NCBI GenBank assembly: GCA_965205485.1
Contig: OZ242180.1
Coordinates: 2,752,001-2,816,000 of the forward strand
Source: Candidatus Latescibacterota bacterium
GTDB taxonomy: Bacteria > Latescibacterota > UBA2968 > GCA-2709665
DNA length: 64,000 nucleotides
Direction of reading: 5' to 3'
Under the pieces are notes generated by a model, which saw nothing but the letters and a program-made list of their open reading frames with translations, had not been told where the DNA came from and did not search any database. Both the position numbers and the translations under genes were made by a program. Positions 39,198 to 50,106 of this stretch are shown one piece after another (position 1 is the first letter of the stretch; each line of letters starts with the position of its first letter).

Positions 39198-39725
39198 ATG
39201 CCGGATATCCGCGAAAGCATCGACGAGATGATTGAGGAGTCCTATCTCTCCGGGCTTACTGACGGTGAAATCAGGGCCGACATGGAACGCTTCGTGAGCA
39301 TCTGCGGCAGGGTTATCCGCGAGAACGTACACGACAGGAAACAAACCCGCAGGCTTACCGAACAACTCGCCAGGGCGCGGGCGCTCAGTCTGGTTGAAGA
39401 CGCGTCCGGATCTAGTGACGACGCGGATCTTCTTATCCCCGACGCGGGCGCACGTTCGTCTCTCAAGGGGCGGTACGCAGAGAGGGTGGCCCGAAACAAA
39501 CGTCTCATTCTCAGGGTCATCCGCGAGTGCGATCCGAAACTTGAACAACTTATCGAACAGGAGCGGTTTTCGGGATCGATTCCGGAACCATCCGCGCCTG
39601 CGATGCCCATCGGCGTCAACCCGCCCCGGAACAGGGCGAAGGATTTTGTCCTGAAGACGTGTTTTGCCGTCACGCTGCTCCTCATCCTCCTGCTGGTCTA
39701 CCTGGTTCTGCTGCAAAATGTCTGA
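39198..39725 (+). CDS. hypothetical protein with C-terminal TM anchor
   Basis: Fills the nnr-carB gap; C-terminal hydrophobic helix. Confidence 0.6.
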   Translation: MPDIRESIDEMIEESYLSGLTDGEIRADMERFVSICGRVIRENVHDRKQTRRLTEQLARARALSLVEDASGSSDDADLLIPDAGARSSLKGRYAERVARNKRLILRVIRECDPKLEQLIEQERFSGSIPEPSAPAMPIGVNPPRNRAKDFVLKTCFAVTLLLILLLVYLVLLQNV

Positions 39726-39862
39726 GACGCCGTCCGCCATACGGTTCCACTCCGCCTGCGAGCATGCGCCTTTTTCAAGGACAGCCGCAGGTTTTTTTCT
39801 TAGAAAATGATCGACCGCCCGTGACCGGATCCATTTCATAGACCGAGACCTTTCCTGCGATT

Positions 39863-41311
39863 ATGCCCAGACGTAACGACATTCAGAAAATCATGCTCAT
39901 CGGTTCCGGGCCGATTGTCATCGGCCAGGCCTGCGAGTTCGACTATTCCGGCGCGCAGGCATGCAAGGCCCTGAAGGAAGAGGGATATACAGTTGTCCTG
40001 CTGAACAGCAACCCCGCGACGATCATGACGGATCCGGAAATGGCGGACCGGACCTACGTGGAACCGGTCGCGCCGGAGGTATGCGCGGCCATAATTGAAC
40101 GTGAGCGACCCGAAGCGCTCCTTCCTACGCTTGGCGGACAGACCGGACTGAACGTGGCCATGGAGCTCTACAACAGCGGCGTCCTCGATGAATTCAACGT
40201 GGAGATGATCGGCGCGAATGCCGAAGCCATTGAGAAGGCAGAAAACAGGGAACGCTTCCAGGCCGCAATGGCCGGTATCGGCGTTGAATTTCCGAAAGGG
40301 AGATTTGCGCACAGCGCGGAAGAAGCCCGCGATATCGTCGACGAAATCGGCTATCCTGCCATCATTCGTCCTTCCTATACGCTTGGAGGCACCGGCGGGG
40401 GCACGGCCTATAACGCCGAAGAGTACGAACATCTCGCGGTTCGTGGGCTGGATCTCTCGCCCACGACGGAAATACTGGTCGAAGAGTCCATCATCGGGTG
40501 GAAAGAGTTCGAGCTGGAGGTCATGCGCGATCTGAACGACAACGTGGTTATCATCTGTTCCATTGAAAATTTCGATCCCATGGGAATCCACACGGGCGAC
40601 TCCATTACCGTAGCGCCGGCGCAGACCCTGACCGACAAAGAGTATCAGGCCATGCGGGACGCGTCCATCGCCGTTATCCGGGAAATCGGCGTGGAAACCG
40701 GAGGATCCAATATTCAGTTCGCGCTGAATCCGCTGGACGGACGTATTGTCATCATCGAAATGAACCCGCGGGTGTCCCGGAGTTCCGCGCTGGCCTCGAA
40801 GGCCACGGGGTTCCCCATCGCGAAGATCGCAGCCAAACTCGCCGTGGGATACACCCTGGACGAAATCCGGAACGACATCACCCGGGAAACACCCGCCTCA
40901 TTCGAGCCGACCATCGACTATTGCGTGGTCAAGATTCCTCGGTGGACCTTTGAAAAGTTCCCCCAGACGGAGGACCTCCTTGGCACCCAGATGAAGTCGG
41001 TGGGTGAAACCATGGCCATCGGCCGGACGTTCAAGGAGGCCTTTCAGAAGGGCCTGCGTTCCCTCGAAATCGGCCGCGCCGGATTCGGGGGCGACGGAAA
41101 GGACCTGGCAATCTCCGAACTCGACCGTGCCGTGATCGAGCACCGGCTGCGAGTACCCAATTCCCAGAGACTCTTCTATCTCAAGGCAGCACTGGATGCG
41201 GGTTGGCCGTTATCCGAACTGTACGACCTGACGGGTATCGACCCGTGGTTCCTCGAAAACCTGCGGCAGATCACCGAATTCGAAAAGGAACTCGCCGGAC
41301 TCGTCGCGTGA
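39863..41311 (+). CDS. carB: carbamoyl-phosphate synthase large subunit, N-terminal part
   Basis: [20 protein letters not shown]-grasp motifs, [19 protein letters not shown]; ends within the oligomerisation domain. Confidence 0.92.
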   Translation: MPRRNDIQKIMLIGSGPIVIGQACEFDYSGAQACKALKEEGYTVVLLNSNPATIMTDPEMADRTYVEPVAPEVCAAIIERERPEALLPTLGGQTGLNVAMELYNSGVLDEFNVEMIGANAEAIEKAENRERFQAAMAGIGVEFPKGRFAHSAEEARDIVDEIGYPAIIRPSYTLGGTGGGTAYNAEEYEHLAVRGLDLSPTTEILVEESIIGWKEFELEVMRDLNDNVVIICSIENFDPMGIHTGDSITVAPAQTLTDKEYQAMRDASIAVIREIGVETGGSNIQFALNPLDGRIVIIEMNPRVSRSSALASKATGFPIAKIAAKLAVGYTLDEIRNDITRETPASFEPTIDYCVVKIPRWTFEKFPQTEDLLGTQMKSVGETMAIGRTFKEAFQKGLRSLEIGRAGFGGDGKDLAISELDRAVIEHRLRVPNSQRLFYLKAALDAGWPLSELYDLTGIDPWFLENLRQITEFEKELAGLVA

Positions 41312-41346
41312 ATTTTAAGACAGCTTCTTAGGAGCATCGCAGCCGT

Positions 41347-43179
41347 ATGCGCCTTAAACAACGAACCATCGACGACCTCCGGGCCCGAATCGGCCGCAGA
41401 GATCTCATCAAGGCCAAACAATACGGTTTCAGCGACCGGCAGCTTGCCCATCTCTGGAACACCAGTGAATGGACCGTAAGGGCCCTCCGTAGAGAATTGA
41501 ACATCCACGCGGTCTATAAAACCATTGACACGTGCGCCGCCGAGTTCGAAGCGTATACGCCTTACCATTATTCGACTTACGAAGACGAAAACGAGGCCAT
41601 CCGCTCCGAACGTCCGAAAATCATGATCCTGGGCGGCGGCCCGAACCGCATCGGGCAGGGCATCGAATTCGACTACTGCTGCGTGCACGCGGCTTTTGCG
41701 CTGAAGGAAGACGGCTACGAGACAATAATGGTCAACTCGAACCCCGAAACCGTCAGCACGGATTACGACACTTCCGACAAACTCTATTTCGAACCGCTCA
41801 CGGCCGAAGACGTTCTGAACATCGCGCATCTGGAAGAACCTGACGGCGTCATCGTACAGCTCGGGGGCCAGACGCCGTTGAACCTCGCTCGCGACCTGGA
41901 GCGCGGCGGCGTCAATATTATCGGCACGTCTCCCGACAGCATCGATCTGGCCGAAGACCGCAAGCGATTCGGCGCGCTGATCCGGCAACTCGGCATTTCC
42001 CAGCCCGAAAACGGAACGGCCACCAGCGTGGACCAGGCCGTCGCCGTGGCCGACGCCATCGGCTATCCGGTGCTCGTCCGTCCCTCGTATGTCCTTGGCG
42101 GTCGGGCCATGGTAATCGTCTACGAACGCAATGCGCTGCTCAGCTATATGGAGAAGGCGATCCAGGCATCGCCCGAGCATCCCATCCTCATCGACCGATT
42201 TCTCGAAGATGCGCATGAGTTCGACGTGGACGCCGTGGCGGACGAAACATCGGTGGTGATCGGGGGCATCATGCAGCATATAGAAAGCGCCGGCGTGCAT
42301 TCGGGCGACAGCGCCTGCGTGCTGCCGCCGTACGACATTTCCGGGGAACACCTCGATGAACTCCGTACCCATACCCACGCGCTGGCCGGCGCATTGAACG
42401 TCGTGGGGTTGATGAACGTACAGTTCGCCCTGCAGGACAATAAGGTCTACATCATCGAGGTCAACCCGCGCGCCAGCCGGACGGTGCCCTTTGTTTCGAA
42501 GACGATCGGCGTTCCCCTGGCCAAAGTGGCGGCGCGCGCCATGGTGGGCCGGTCCCTTGCGGAACAGGGGCTGACCGGTGAAATCTCCTTCGATCACATC
42601 GCAGTCAAGGAGGCCGTATTGCCCTTCGCCAAGTTTCCGGGTGTGGATACCCTGCTGGGTCCCGAGATGAAGTCCACGGGCGAAGTGATGGGCATTGACA
42701 CCGACTTCGGTCTGAGCTTCCACAAGGCGCAGTTCGGCGCGGGCGTGCGGCTACCCACCTCCGGCGCCGTGTTCATCTCCGTCAACGACCGGGACAAGGA
42801 AGCCGTGATACCCGTCGCCCGCCGGCTGTCGGAGCTTGGTTTTCAGATTGTCGCGACCCGCGGCACCCACGCCAGGCTCAAAGCGCACGATATTCTCGCC
42901 GAGTCCATTCTCAAGATCCAACAGGGACGTCCCAATATTCTGGACGCCATAAAGAACAGGTCGATCGTCCTGATGGTGAATACGCCTGCGGGTGAGGCCG
43001 CGCAAGCCGACGATCACAGGATTCGCCAGGCCACGCTTCAATACGGTATCCCGTACACGACCACGCTGGCAGGGGCGTCGGCCGCGGTGGCCGGTATCGA
43101 ATCCCTTAAGAAAAACGGCGCGGTCAGAATTCGTTCACTCCAGGAATTCCACGGGAAGGAGGGGCGAGAAAACGCATGA
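41347..43179 (+). CDS. carB: carbamoyl-phosphate synthase large subunit, C-terminal part
   Basis: AKQYGFSD, DTCAAEF, GGGPNRIGQGIEFDYCC, EVNPRASRT, MGS domain; own RBS aggag. Confidence 0.92.
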   Translation: MRLKQRTIDDLRARIGRRDLIKAKQYGFSDRQLAHLWNTSEWTVRALRRELNIHAVYKTIDTCAAEFEAYTPYHYSTYEDENEAIRSERPKIMILGGGPNRIGQGIEFDYCCVHAAFALKEDGYETIMVNSNPETVSTDYDTSDKLYFEPLTAEDVLNIAHLEEPDGVIVQLGGQTPLNLARDLERGGVNIIGTSPDSIDLAEDRKRFGALIRQLGISQPENGTATSVDQAVAVADAIGYPVLVRPSYVLGGRAMVIVYERNALLSYMEKAIQASPEHPILIDRFLEDAHEFDVDAVADETSVVIGGIMQHIESAGVHSGDSACVLPPYDISGEHLDELRTHTHALAGALNVVGLMNVQFALQDNKVYIIEVNPRASRTVPFVSKTIGVPLAKVAARAMVGRSLAEQGLTGEISFDHIAVKEAVLPFAKFPGVDTLLGPEMKSTGEVMGIDTDFGLSFHKAQFGAGVRLPTSGAVFISVNDRDKEAVIPVARRLSELGFQIVATRGTHARLKAHDILAESILKIQQGRPNILDAIKNRSIVLMVNTPAGEAAQADDHRIRQATLQYGIPYTTTLAGASAAVAGIESLKKNGAVRIRSLQEFHGKEGRENA

Positions 43180-44966
43180 AATCAGACCGGAAGATTCCGC
43201 TGTCCTGCATCGTCCTGCTTGCGGGTGCCCTGGTTTCCGGGTGCGTCTATTACAACACGTTCTACAACGCCCGAAAACAGTACCAGGAGGCCGAACGCAA
43301 GAGAGAGGAAGCCGAGAACGTGTCTGCCACCGGCCAGAAGAGCCGGCAAATGGTGTTCCGGTACCGCGATTTTTATATGCGCGCCATACGCAAGGCTTCC
43401 ATCGTCCTCGACCGGCATCCCGACAGCAAGTGGGTGGACGACAGCCTGCTGCTGATCGGTAAGGCGTTCTACTGGCGCGGAAGCTACCGTGACGCCCTGC
43501 TGAAGTTCCAGGAACTGCAGGACAATTTCCCGGAAAGCCTGCTGCTCACCGAAGCCCTCTACTGGAATGGAATGTCGCTCTGGGCGGCGGGAAGGGCCGA
43601 AGAAGCGCGCCCGGTACTGGCCGACGTCGGCGAGAGCGCCGATCCGGTGTTTTCCGGGAAAGCCCGGCTCGCGCTGGCCGAACTGGAAGCCGAAGCCGGC
43701 GAGTACGCCGCCGCCATCGATGCGTACCAGAAACTGCTTGAGTCCAAACCCAGGGGTCTTGCCACGAAAATCTGGGTTGGTATCGGCAACGCCAGGTTTC
43801 AACTGGAACAGTATGAAGACGCGCTGCTGGCCTATCGCCGCGTCTTGAAGTCGAAACCGAAGAACAAGATCAATTTCGAAACCCGCCTCCAGATCGGCAG
43901 CATTCTCGAACGTCAGGGAAAACTGGACGAAGTCCTGGCAACGTACAACCGCATACTGAAGATAAAGAGCCTGAGATCATATGAGCCCGAAGTCCATCTC
44001 AAACGGGCGAATGTGTACCAGCTCATGGGTAATCAGGAAATCGCCGATGAGATCTACCTAGAAGTTATCGAACACAACCCGAAGACCGAATTCAGCGCCG
44101 AAGCCTACTACCGGTTGGCGATGTTTGCCCAGACGACCCAACGAGATATGGAGAAGGCGAAAGAGCTTTTCGCCAGCGCCCGAAAGGAAAATCCAGGTTC
44201 CGACGCCGGAAGGGCGGCCAGAGACCGGGAAAAGGACCTGGGCAAGCTGGAGCGCTTTCAAAAGGCGGCGGCCAAGGGCAAGAAAAAGGGCCTCAAGGCG
44301 CTGTTCAACGTGGCGGAGATGTATCTGTTCAACTTCTCGGAACCGGATTCCGCACTCGCCACCTATCGAAGGGCATATTTTATCGCCGACAGTCTCGATG
44401 CCGAACTGGCGCCAAAAGCCCTGTATGCCATCGGCCTGATCTATGCGGACAGTCTGAAGAACCAGGAAGCGGCCGAGAAGACGTTCCGGAAACTGATCGA
44501 CAGGTACCCCGTCAACCCGTACGCCGTGGGCGCCCGTCAGCGGCTGGCGCAGGCCCTCGAAGACGACGCGAGGGCGGAAGCGCGGTTTCGCGAGGCCGAA
44601 ACGCTGATGGCAGGTGGCGTCAACCCGTCCGGCTACCTGGACATCCTCAGACAGTTGCCCTCGGATCATCCCAACAGCCCCTTTGCGGCCAGGGCCCTGT
44701 ATACAGTCGCGTGGACTCACGCAAACCGCCTGGACAACCCCGATTCCGCGAGGGTCTATTACCAGAAACTCGTGGACGGCTATCCTCTCACGGAATTCGC
44801 GGAACTCGCGTCGAAGAGCCTCAAAGGCGATTTCCTGACAGTCATCGCGCAGTCCGACCCTGACGCGGAACCGGCCGGTCGTAAAAACAGTTCGAAGCCT
44901 GCAGACCGGAGAAATGACAAACGCCGGCGGGATTCCGAAAGCCCGGGTAAGAATCAATCCCCGTAA
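43176..44966 (+). CDS. TPR-repeat lipoprotein
   Basis: Lipobox VSGC then YYNTFYNA; many TPR helices. Confidence 0.8.
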   Translation: MKSDRKIPLSCIVLLAGALVSGCVYYNTFYNARKQYQEAERKREEAENVSATGQKSRQMVFRYRDFYMRAIRKASIVLDRHPDSKWVDDSLLLIGKAFYWRGSYRDALLKFQELQDNFPESLLLTEALYWNGMSLWAAGRAEEARPVLADVGESADPVFSGKARLALAELEAEAGEYAAAIDAYQKLLESKPRGLATKIWVGIGNARFQLEQYEDALLAYRRVLKSKPKNKINFETRLQIGSILERQGKLDEVLATYNRILKIKSLRSYEPEVHLKRANVYQLMGNQEIADEIYLEVIEHNPKTEFSAEAYYRLAMFAQTTQRDMEKAKELFASARKENPGSDAGRAARDREKDLGKLERFQKAAAKGKKKGLKALFNVAEMYLFNFSEPDSALATYRRAYFIADSLDAELAPKALYAIGLIYADSLKNQEAAEKTFRKLIDRYPVNPYAVGARQRLAQALEDDARAEARFREAETLMAGGVNPSGYLDILRQLPSDHPNSPFAARALYTVAWTHANRLDNPDSARVYYQKLVDGYPLTEFAELASKSLKGDFLTVIAQSDPDAEPAGRKNSSKPADRRNDKRRRDSESPGKNQSP

Positions 44967-45005
44967 CAACCCCTGCAGTCATTCAAGACATCCCGGTCTG
45001 CCCGG

Positions 45006-45815
45006 ATGACGCTTCGTCCAATGATGAGTCAATTCCTTCAGGAAAACGCCGAAGTCCTCGAAAACGAGCCAATTGCTCGAAACGTCTACCTGATGCGCCT
45101 GCAAGCGCCGAGAATCGCACGGGCATGCCGCCCCGCCCAATTCGTACAGATCCGCACCGACGCGGGTCAGTCGCCCTATCTTCGACGTCCATTCAGCGCA
45201 CTTCGCACGCACCCTGAAGCGGGATCGATTGAGGTGGTCTACGACGCCATCGGTGAAGGCACTCGCCGGATGGCTGCCGCCTCGGCCGGGCATCGCCTGG
45301 ACCTGCTAGGCCCGCTCGGAAAACCCTTCGTCCCGTCGACGACCGGCCGCGTACTGCTGGTCGCCGGAGGGGTCGGTCTGGTACCGCTCGCCTTCCTGGC
45401 CTGGTTCCACAGCGAGCGCCGGGATGACATGGTATTCCTGATGGGGGCAGCGAACCAAGGACGGATGCCCGATATGGATCGTGTGATTCCCTCCGATCTG
45501 CGTCGGTGGCTGGCCACGGACGACGGCAGCCTGGGTCACGAAGGCCCTGTGACGGATTTGATTCCGGAACACGTCGTGCCGGGCGGTACCCAGGTGCTTA
45601 CGTGCGGACCGCACGCCATGATGGCGCGGGTCGCCGAGATCGCGGCAGAGCGCCGCCTGCCATGCATGGCATCCATGGAGAATCACATGGCCTGTGGATT
45701 CGGCGCGTGTGTCGGCTGTGTGGTGGAATACCGGGAAGCGGAAAGGGAAGACCATCGATACCGGAGAGTCTGCATTGAAGGCCCGGTGGTGGACGCTCAT
45801 GCGATCGTCTGGTAG
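45006..45815 (+). CDS. pyrK: dihydroorotate dehydrogenase electron transfer subunit
   Basis: LRRPFS, GPLG, AGGVG, CGP, MACGFGACVGC...C; start may be 45021/45024. Confidence 0.92.
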   Translation: MTLRPMMSQFLQENAEVLENEPIARNVYLMRLQAPRIARACRPAQFVQIRTDAGQSPYLRRPFSALRTHPEAGSIEVVYDAIGEGTRRMAAASAGHRLDLLGPLGKPFVPSTTGRVLLVAGGVGLVPLAFLAWFHSERRDDMVFLMGAANQGRMPDMDRVIPSDLRRWLATDDGSLGHEGPVTDLIPEHVVPGGTQVLTCGPHAMMARVAEIAAERRLPCMASMENHMACGFGACVGCVVEYREAEREDHRYRRVCIEGPVVDAHAIVW

Positions 45816-45863
45816 ACGGCGCCTCGCCTTCAGAGCGGCTTTATCAACGGACTGTCAACGACC

Positions 45864-46787
45864 ATGGACCTTTCCACGCACATCGGCGGCGGCCTGACCA
45901 TCAGAAATCCTGTAATGATGGCCTCGGGAACCATCGGACACGGCGCCGAATACGAGGGCATGTTCGACTTCGCGAGGGTCGGCGGCGTGGTAACGAAAAC
46001 CATAACCTGCCATCCCCGCGCCGGCAACAGCGCCCCCCGCACCGCGGAAACCCCTTCCGGAATGCTCAATTCCATCGGCCTCACGAATCCCGGCCTCGAC
46101 GCCTTTATTGCCGAAAAGGTCCCGCCCTTGCAATCGCTTCCAACAGCGCGAATTGTCAGCATCGCCGGTACTTCGATAGGCGAATTCGCCGAAATGGCGC
46201 GGCGGTTCAACGACGTTCCGGGCGTAGACGCCCTGGAACTGAACATCTCGTCGCCCAATATGAAAGACGGCGGACAGCTCTTCGGGTGCCGCGAGGAGGC
46301 CGCGCACGATGTCACGGCGGCAGTGAAGGCGGTCGCAAGACTTCCGGTCATCGTCAAACTCACGCCCAACGTAACCGACATCGCCACGGTGGCCGCGGCA
46401 GTGGAAGAAGGCGGCGCCGACAGTATCGCTCTGATAAACACCTTGCTTGGCCTGGCCGTGGACGCCGGCACCCGGCGCCCCGTTCTGGGGAACGTCACGG
46501 GCGGCCTTTCCGGACCTGCCATCAAGCCGGTAGCGCTGGCGATGGTGTGGCGGGTCGCCAATACGGTTTCAGTTCCCATTGTGGGCATGGGCGGAATTGC
46601 GACGGCCCAGGACGCAATCGAGTTTCTCATTGTCGGCGCATCGGCCGTGCAGATTGGAACCACCACCTTCATCAACCCCTGGGCTGCCCTGGAGATTGTC
46701 GATGGCATCGCTGAATACTGCCGGAGCCACCGGATCGGGCGCATATCAGACCTCGTGGGTTCGTTTGAAACCGGGCCGCGGAACTGA
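45864..46787 (+). CDS. pyrD: dihydroorotate dehydrogenase family 1B catalytic subunit
   Basis: ASGT, MLNSIGL, ELNISSPN, VKLTPNV, GGLSGPAIKP. Confidence 0.93.
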   Translation: MDLSTHIGGGLTIRNPVMMASGTIGHGAEYEGMFDFARVGGVVTKTITCHPRAGNSAPRTAETPSGMLNSIGLTNPGLDAFIAEKVPPLQSLPTARIVSIAGTSIGEFAEMARRFNDVPGVDALELNISSPNMKDGGQLFGCREEAAHDVTAAVKAVARLPVIVKLTPNVTDIATVAAAVEEGGADSIALINTLLGLAVDAGTRRPVLGNVTGGLSGPAIKPVALAMVWRVANTVSVPIVGMGGIATAQDAIEFLIVGASAVQIGTTTFINPWAALEIVDGIAEYCRSHRIGRISDLVGSFETGPRN

Positions 46788-47229
46788 CCGAGTTGCAATT
46801 CACATTCTCCTGATCTTTGCAATCGGCCTGACTTCAGGCTGTTTCTCCCGGCCGAGGTATCGTACCTCGCCCCCCGGGAGCGACTCCGAAACGACGATCG
46901 TCGATTCTCCCGTTATCTCCACGAAAGACGCTTTTCAGGTTGGCCTTGCGTCGTACTATGCGCACAAGTTTCACGGCCGCCCCACCGCCAGCGGTGAGAT
47001 ATTCGATATGTACGGTCTTACCGCGGCGCACAGAGAGCTTCCGCTCGGTACCGTCATCCACGTAACCCATCTCGGAAACGGACGGAGCGTCAAAGTAAAG
47101 GTCAACGACCGGGGACCCTTCATCGAAGGACGGATACTGGACCTTTCCCTGGGAGCGGCGCGTCGTCTGGATATGGTGGAGGAGGGGGTCGCGCGGGTCA
47201 AGATCCGAATCATCAAGCGCATCGACTGA
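46765..47229 (+). CDS. rlpA: RlpA septal ring lytic transglycosylase lipoprotein
   Basis: GLASYY, TAAHRELP, VNDRGPF..GRILDLS; lipobox TSGC; start uncertain. Confidence 0.85.
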   Translation: MKPGRGTDRVAIHILLIFAIGLTSGCFSRPRYRTSPPGSDSETTIVDSPVISTKDAFQVGLASYYAHKFHGRPTASGEIFDMYGLTAAHRELPLGTVIHVTHLGNGRSVKVKVNDRGPFIEGRILDLSLGAARRLDMVEEGVARVKIRIIKRID

Positions 47230-47276
47230 GGATTCGGCGACGCCGCGATCGTTTTGCGGTAGGGGTCTGCGGAGGG

Positions 47277-48527
47277 TTAGTTTTCGCGGCCGGATTGACT
47301 TTGCGAAAGCGTACGGAAGGCAAACTGCGCGATGAAATCGATGCCCAGCATCCTACCCATGACGCGCCCTTCCTTCAGGTCGATGGCGCTCAACCCCGGT
47401 CCGCCGCCGTCCAGCACCAGCGTGCCGATGTAGATACGTGCACCATCCGGAGCAACGCCGATCGTGGACGCGGCATCCCCGACCCGGAGACGCCCGGATA
47501 TCAGATTGCGTTGTACGTCAATGGTCACCAGGAATCCGCCGGAGCGTGACCCGGTCGAAGCCACGTAGAGCGTCTGACCGTCCGGCGAAAACGCCAGCCC
47601 ACGCGCGGAATCTCCACTCAATTGGATACCCGCCGCAACCTGATCCGAATCCAGATCCAGCACCGAAACGACACCGCGGTCGACGTTGGTCACGTACGCC
47701 CGTCGGCCGTCATTCGTAATGCCGATCTCCCCGGGGACGCCCCCGACAATGATGGAACTCGCGACTGCTCCCTGTTCCACGTCGATCACCGAGATGTCGC
47801 GGCTGTCGGCGTTCGCCACGTACAGCTTCCCGCCATCCGGAGTCATCGCCACGTCGATGGGTCTCTCGCCCACCGAGATCGTATCCACGGGAACCCGCGC
47901 GACCAGGTCCAGCACCACAAGCCGGTCGTGCCGTTCTTCGGTCACGTATGCAAAGCGCTCGTGGGGGCCAAGTACGACGCGACCCTGCGATTCCGTTGGG
48001 ATTGAGAAAAGCGCTTCGTGGTTTTCATCGATGGCGAAGAGCCCGAATCCTTCCGAGACGTAAATTGCCCGTTCGCCCGCCGAGACCGCCATACCGGTCG
48101 GTCCCCGAAACCTGAGATAGTCCGAGAGCAGATGCGACTCGGAATCGATCACCGCCATCCCGCCCAGTAGCGGGTCGAGCGCGTAGACGGCGTATCGCGA
48201 CGACGTCGCGACGCCGGAACGGGCGCCGAATGCCGAGCTGAAGGAGACGAAGTCGGGAAAGTTAACGGTGCCGTCGCCGTTCAGATCCATCCTTGCGTCG
48301 TACCCCGCGTCGCCTTCCGCGGTGTTGAAGCTGCGGGCGAACAGCAGAAAATCCGAAAAACCCACAACGCCGTCACCGTCAAAATCCGCGGTAAGCGGAC
48401 CTGTAGAGCCCTGCGTAACAGGACCCTCGGGTTGCCAGACCAGGACTGGACTCTGCCCATACGCCGAACTTCCGGAAGCGCAGGTGAAAAGCACGCAAAA
48501 CAGCATCCGATGGAGATTTTCGGTCAT
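47277..48527 (-). CDS. exported EF-hand/dockerin-like + YVTN beta-propeller protein
   Basis: DFDGDGVVGFSDF and DLNGDGTVNFPDF repeats; LYVAN/AYVTN blades. Confidence 0.8.
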   Translation of the reverse strand: MTENLHRMLFCVLFTCASGSSAYGQSPVLVWQPEGPVTQGSTGPLTADFDGDGVVGFSDFLLFARSFNTAEGDAGYDARMDLNGDGTVNFPDFVSFSSAFGARSGVATSSRYAVYALDPLLGGMAVIDSESHLLSDYLRFRGPTGMAVSAGERAIYVSEGFGLFAIDENHEALFSIPTESQGRVVLGPHERFAYVTEERHDRLVVLDLVARVPVDTISVGERPIDVAMTPDGGKLYVANADSRDISVIDVEQGAVASSIIVGGVPGEIGITNDGRRAYVTNVDRGVVSVLDLDSDQVAAGIQLSGDSARGLAFSPDGQTLYVASTGSRSGGFLVTIDVQRNLISGRLRVGDAASTIGVAPDGARIYIGTLVLDGGGPGLSAIDLKEGRVMGRMLGIDFIAQFAFRTLSQSQSGREN

Positions 48528-48588
48528 TAGACATCCTTTTCTGATGGCACTCGCGCCTTCAGGTATATAGCCGCAGTCCTTGCGGCCG

Positions 48589-49800
48589 TCAGCCGGCCAG
48601 TGCGGCACGCGCCACGCGGAGCATGTTGCCGCCCAGGATCTTGCGGATATCCCCATCCGGATATCCGCGCTGTACCATACCCACCGTAAAGAGCGGCCAG
48701 TTGGTCCACGCCAGACTCTTCACCATGTGTTCCTGACGCCAGTGCGCGTCGAATGCATCCGGCGGCCAGAAATACGCCCACCGTGGACGCCCCCGTTTAC
48801 GCGGGGCCTTTCTCCTTTCCGTTGCGGAAGCACGCGATGCGTACGCCGTATCCGTACCGATCGTAACATGATCGGCCCCAAACGTTCTGACCATATAATC
48901 GACATGGTCCAGCAGGGCCTGTATGTCGCCGCTTCGACCCAGGAATGCGGGTATGCAGCAGATGCCCACGTAACCGCCCGTATCCGCAATCGCCCGGATC
49001 ACGTTGTCCGGTTTGCACCGCACGTGTTCGTTTACCGCGCAGCAGCCCGAGTGACTTGCCACCATTGGGACCGCGGACGCCCTGGCCGCCTCCAGGCTGG
49101 TCTGCCAGCCCGCGTGCGCTACGTCCAGGATCACCCCGACACGGTTCATTTCGGCGACCACGGACCGGCCGAATTCGCTCAGCCCCGCGTTGGCCGGTTC
49201 GGCGCATCCGTCTCCCAGCATGTTGCGCCGGTTGTACGTCAGATGCATCATCCGAATCCCCAGTTGAAAGAAGATTCGGATGTACCTGAGTTCCTCTTCC
49301 ACGGACACCCAGTCCTGCGAAAGGGGGACACCGTTGCCGCTCATGTAAAAACACTGCTTGCCCTGCTTCTTGGCGGCCTCGATATCCGCGGGCGTGGTAG
49401 CGCGCAGCATGAAATCGCGCATGACGTCCGCCACATAGGTAAAACGTGCGAGACGCTTGATCAGCCGCAGAGGCGCCTGTCCCTCTTCTCCGGCATTCTG
49501 AGCGATGCATGTCACCCCGCTCGACCCCCAGGCTTCCTGGAACTCCGCACGCTCGACCGGATCGGTCGCGCACCGGGTCATCGACATCTCCTCATTCATG
49601 TCGTTCAGCTCCGCCTCCGACGCACCGGCTTCGATGGCGGCCGTCATCTCGTCTCCATCGATTGCGGCCCGGGGCGCGAATCCGTAGGTGTCGCACACGA
49701 TCGACTCCGCGTGCAAGGCCAACCCGTGTTCCAGTTCCTTCTTTCCGGGCTTCAATACCTGTAGCGCAACCTGCCGCGCTTCTTCGATCTTTTCATTCAT
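48589..49800 (-). CDS. membrane dipeptidase (peptidase M19) family
   Basis: HLTYN, GLSEFG, MNRVGVILDVAH, ASHS, IGTD, KILGGN. Confidence 0.85.
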   Translation of the reverse strand: MNEKIEEARQVALQVLKPGKKELEHGLALHAESIVCDTYGFAPRAAIDGDEMTAAIEAGASEAELNDMNEEMSMTRCATDPVERAEFQEAWGSSGVTCIAQNAGEEGQAPLRLIKRLARFTYVADVMRDFMLRATTPADIEAAKKQGKQCFYMSGNGVPLSQDWVSVEEELRYIRIFFQLGIRMMHLTYNRRNMLGDGCAEPANAGLSEFGRSVVAEMNRVGVILDVAHAGWQTSLEAARASAVPMVASHSGCCAVNEHVRCKPDNVIRAIADTGGYVGICCIPAFLGRSGDIQALLDHVDYMVRTFGADHVTIGTDTAYASRASATERRKAPRKRGRPRWAYFWPPDAFDAHWRQEHMVKSLAWTNWPLFTVGMVQRGYPDGDIRKILGGNMLRVARAALAG

Positions 49801-50106
49801 CTTTCGTCCCTTGACCGTAAAGGTACTCGAAATTAAGGATCTCCATGAAATATACCACATCGTCCGCACGCGATCAACGACGAGATTTCGAGGAATGTCC
49901 GGTCCGGATCAGGTGCTTGCCGTGATGATGTGGTTGCGCAGCCATTGCCGCCGCCGTGAAATTCCCAAAAAAACCTTGCGTATTTCGATTTTTCTCATAC
50001 CTTTATGTGTCTTGATCCGAGGGTTTCCTGCCCGGGATCCCCGCGCCGGGCGAGCGCGCGGGGGTATGACCGAATATCGCCGGAAAAGGAGCATGAGAGA
50101 AGCCGC

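Noticed and set aside
41309..41311. Sec readthrough or simple frameshift joining the carB halves
   Set aside because: The downstream half is in another frame that is closed by TAG at 41329 and has its own RBS.
41176..42723. Long antisense ORFs (also 20793..22148, 48580..49764, 55738..57021 and others)
   Set aside because: Shadows of real genes caused by GC-rich codon bias; no recognisable motifs.
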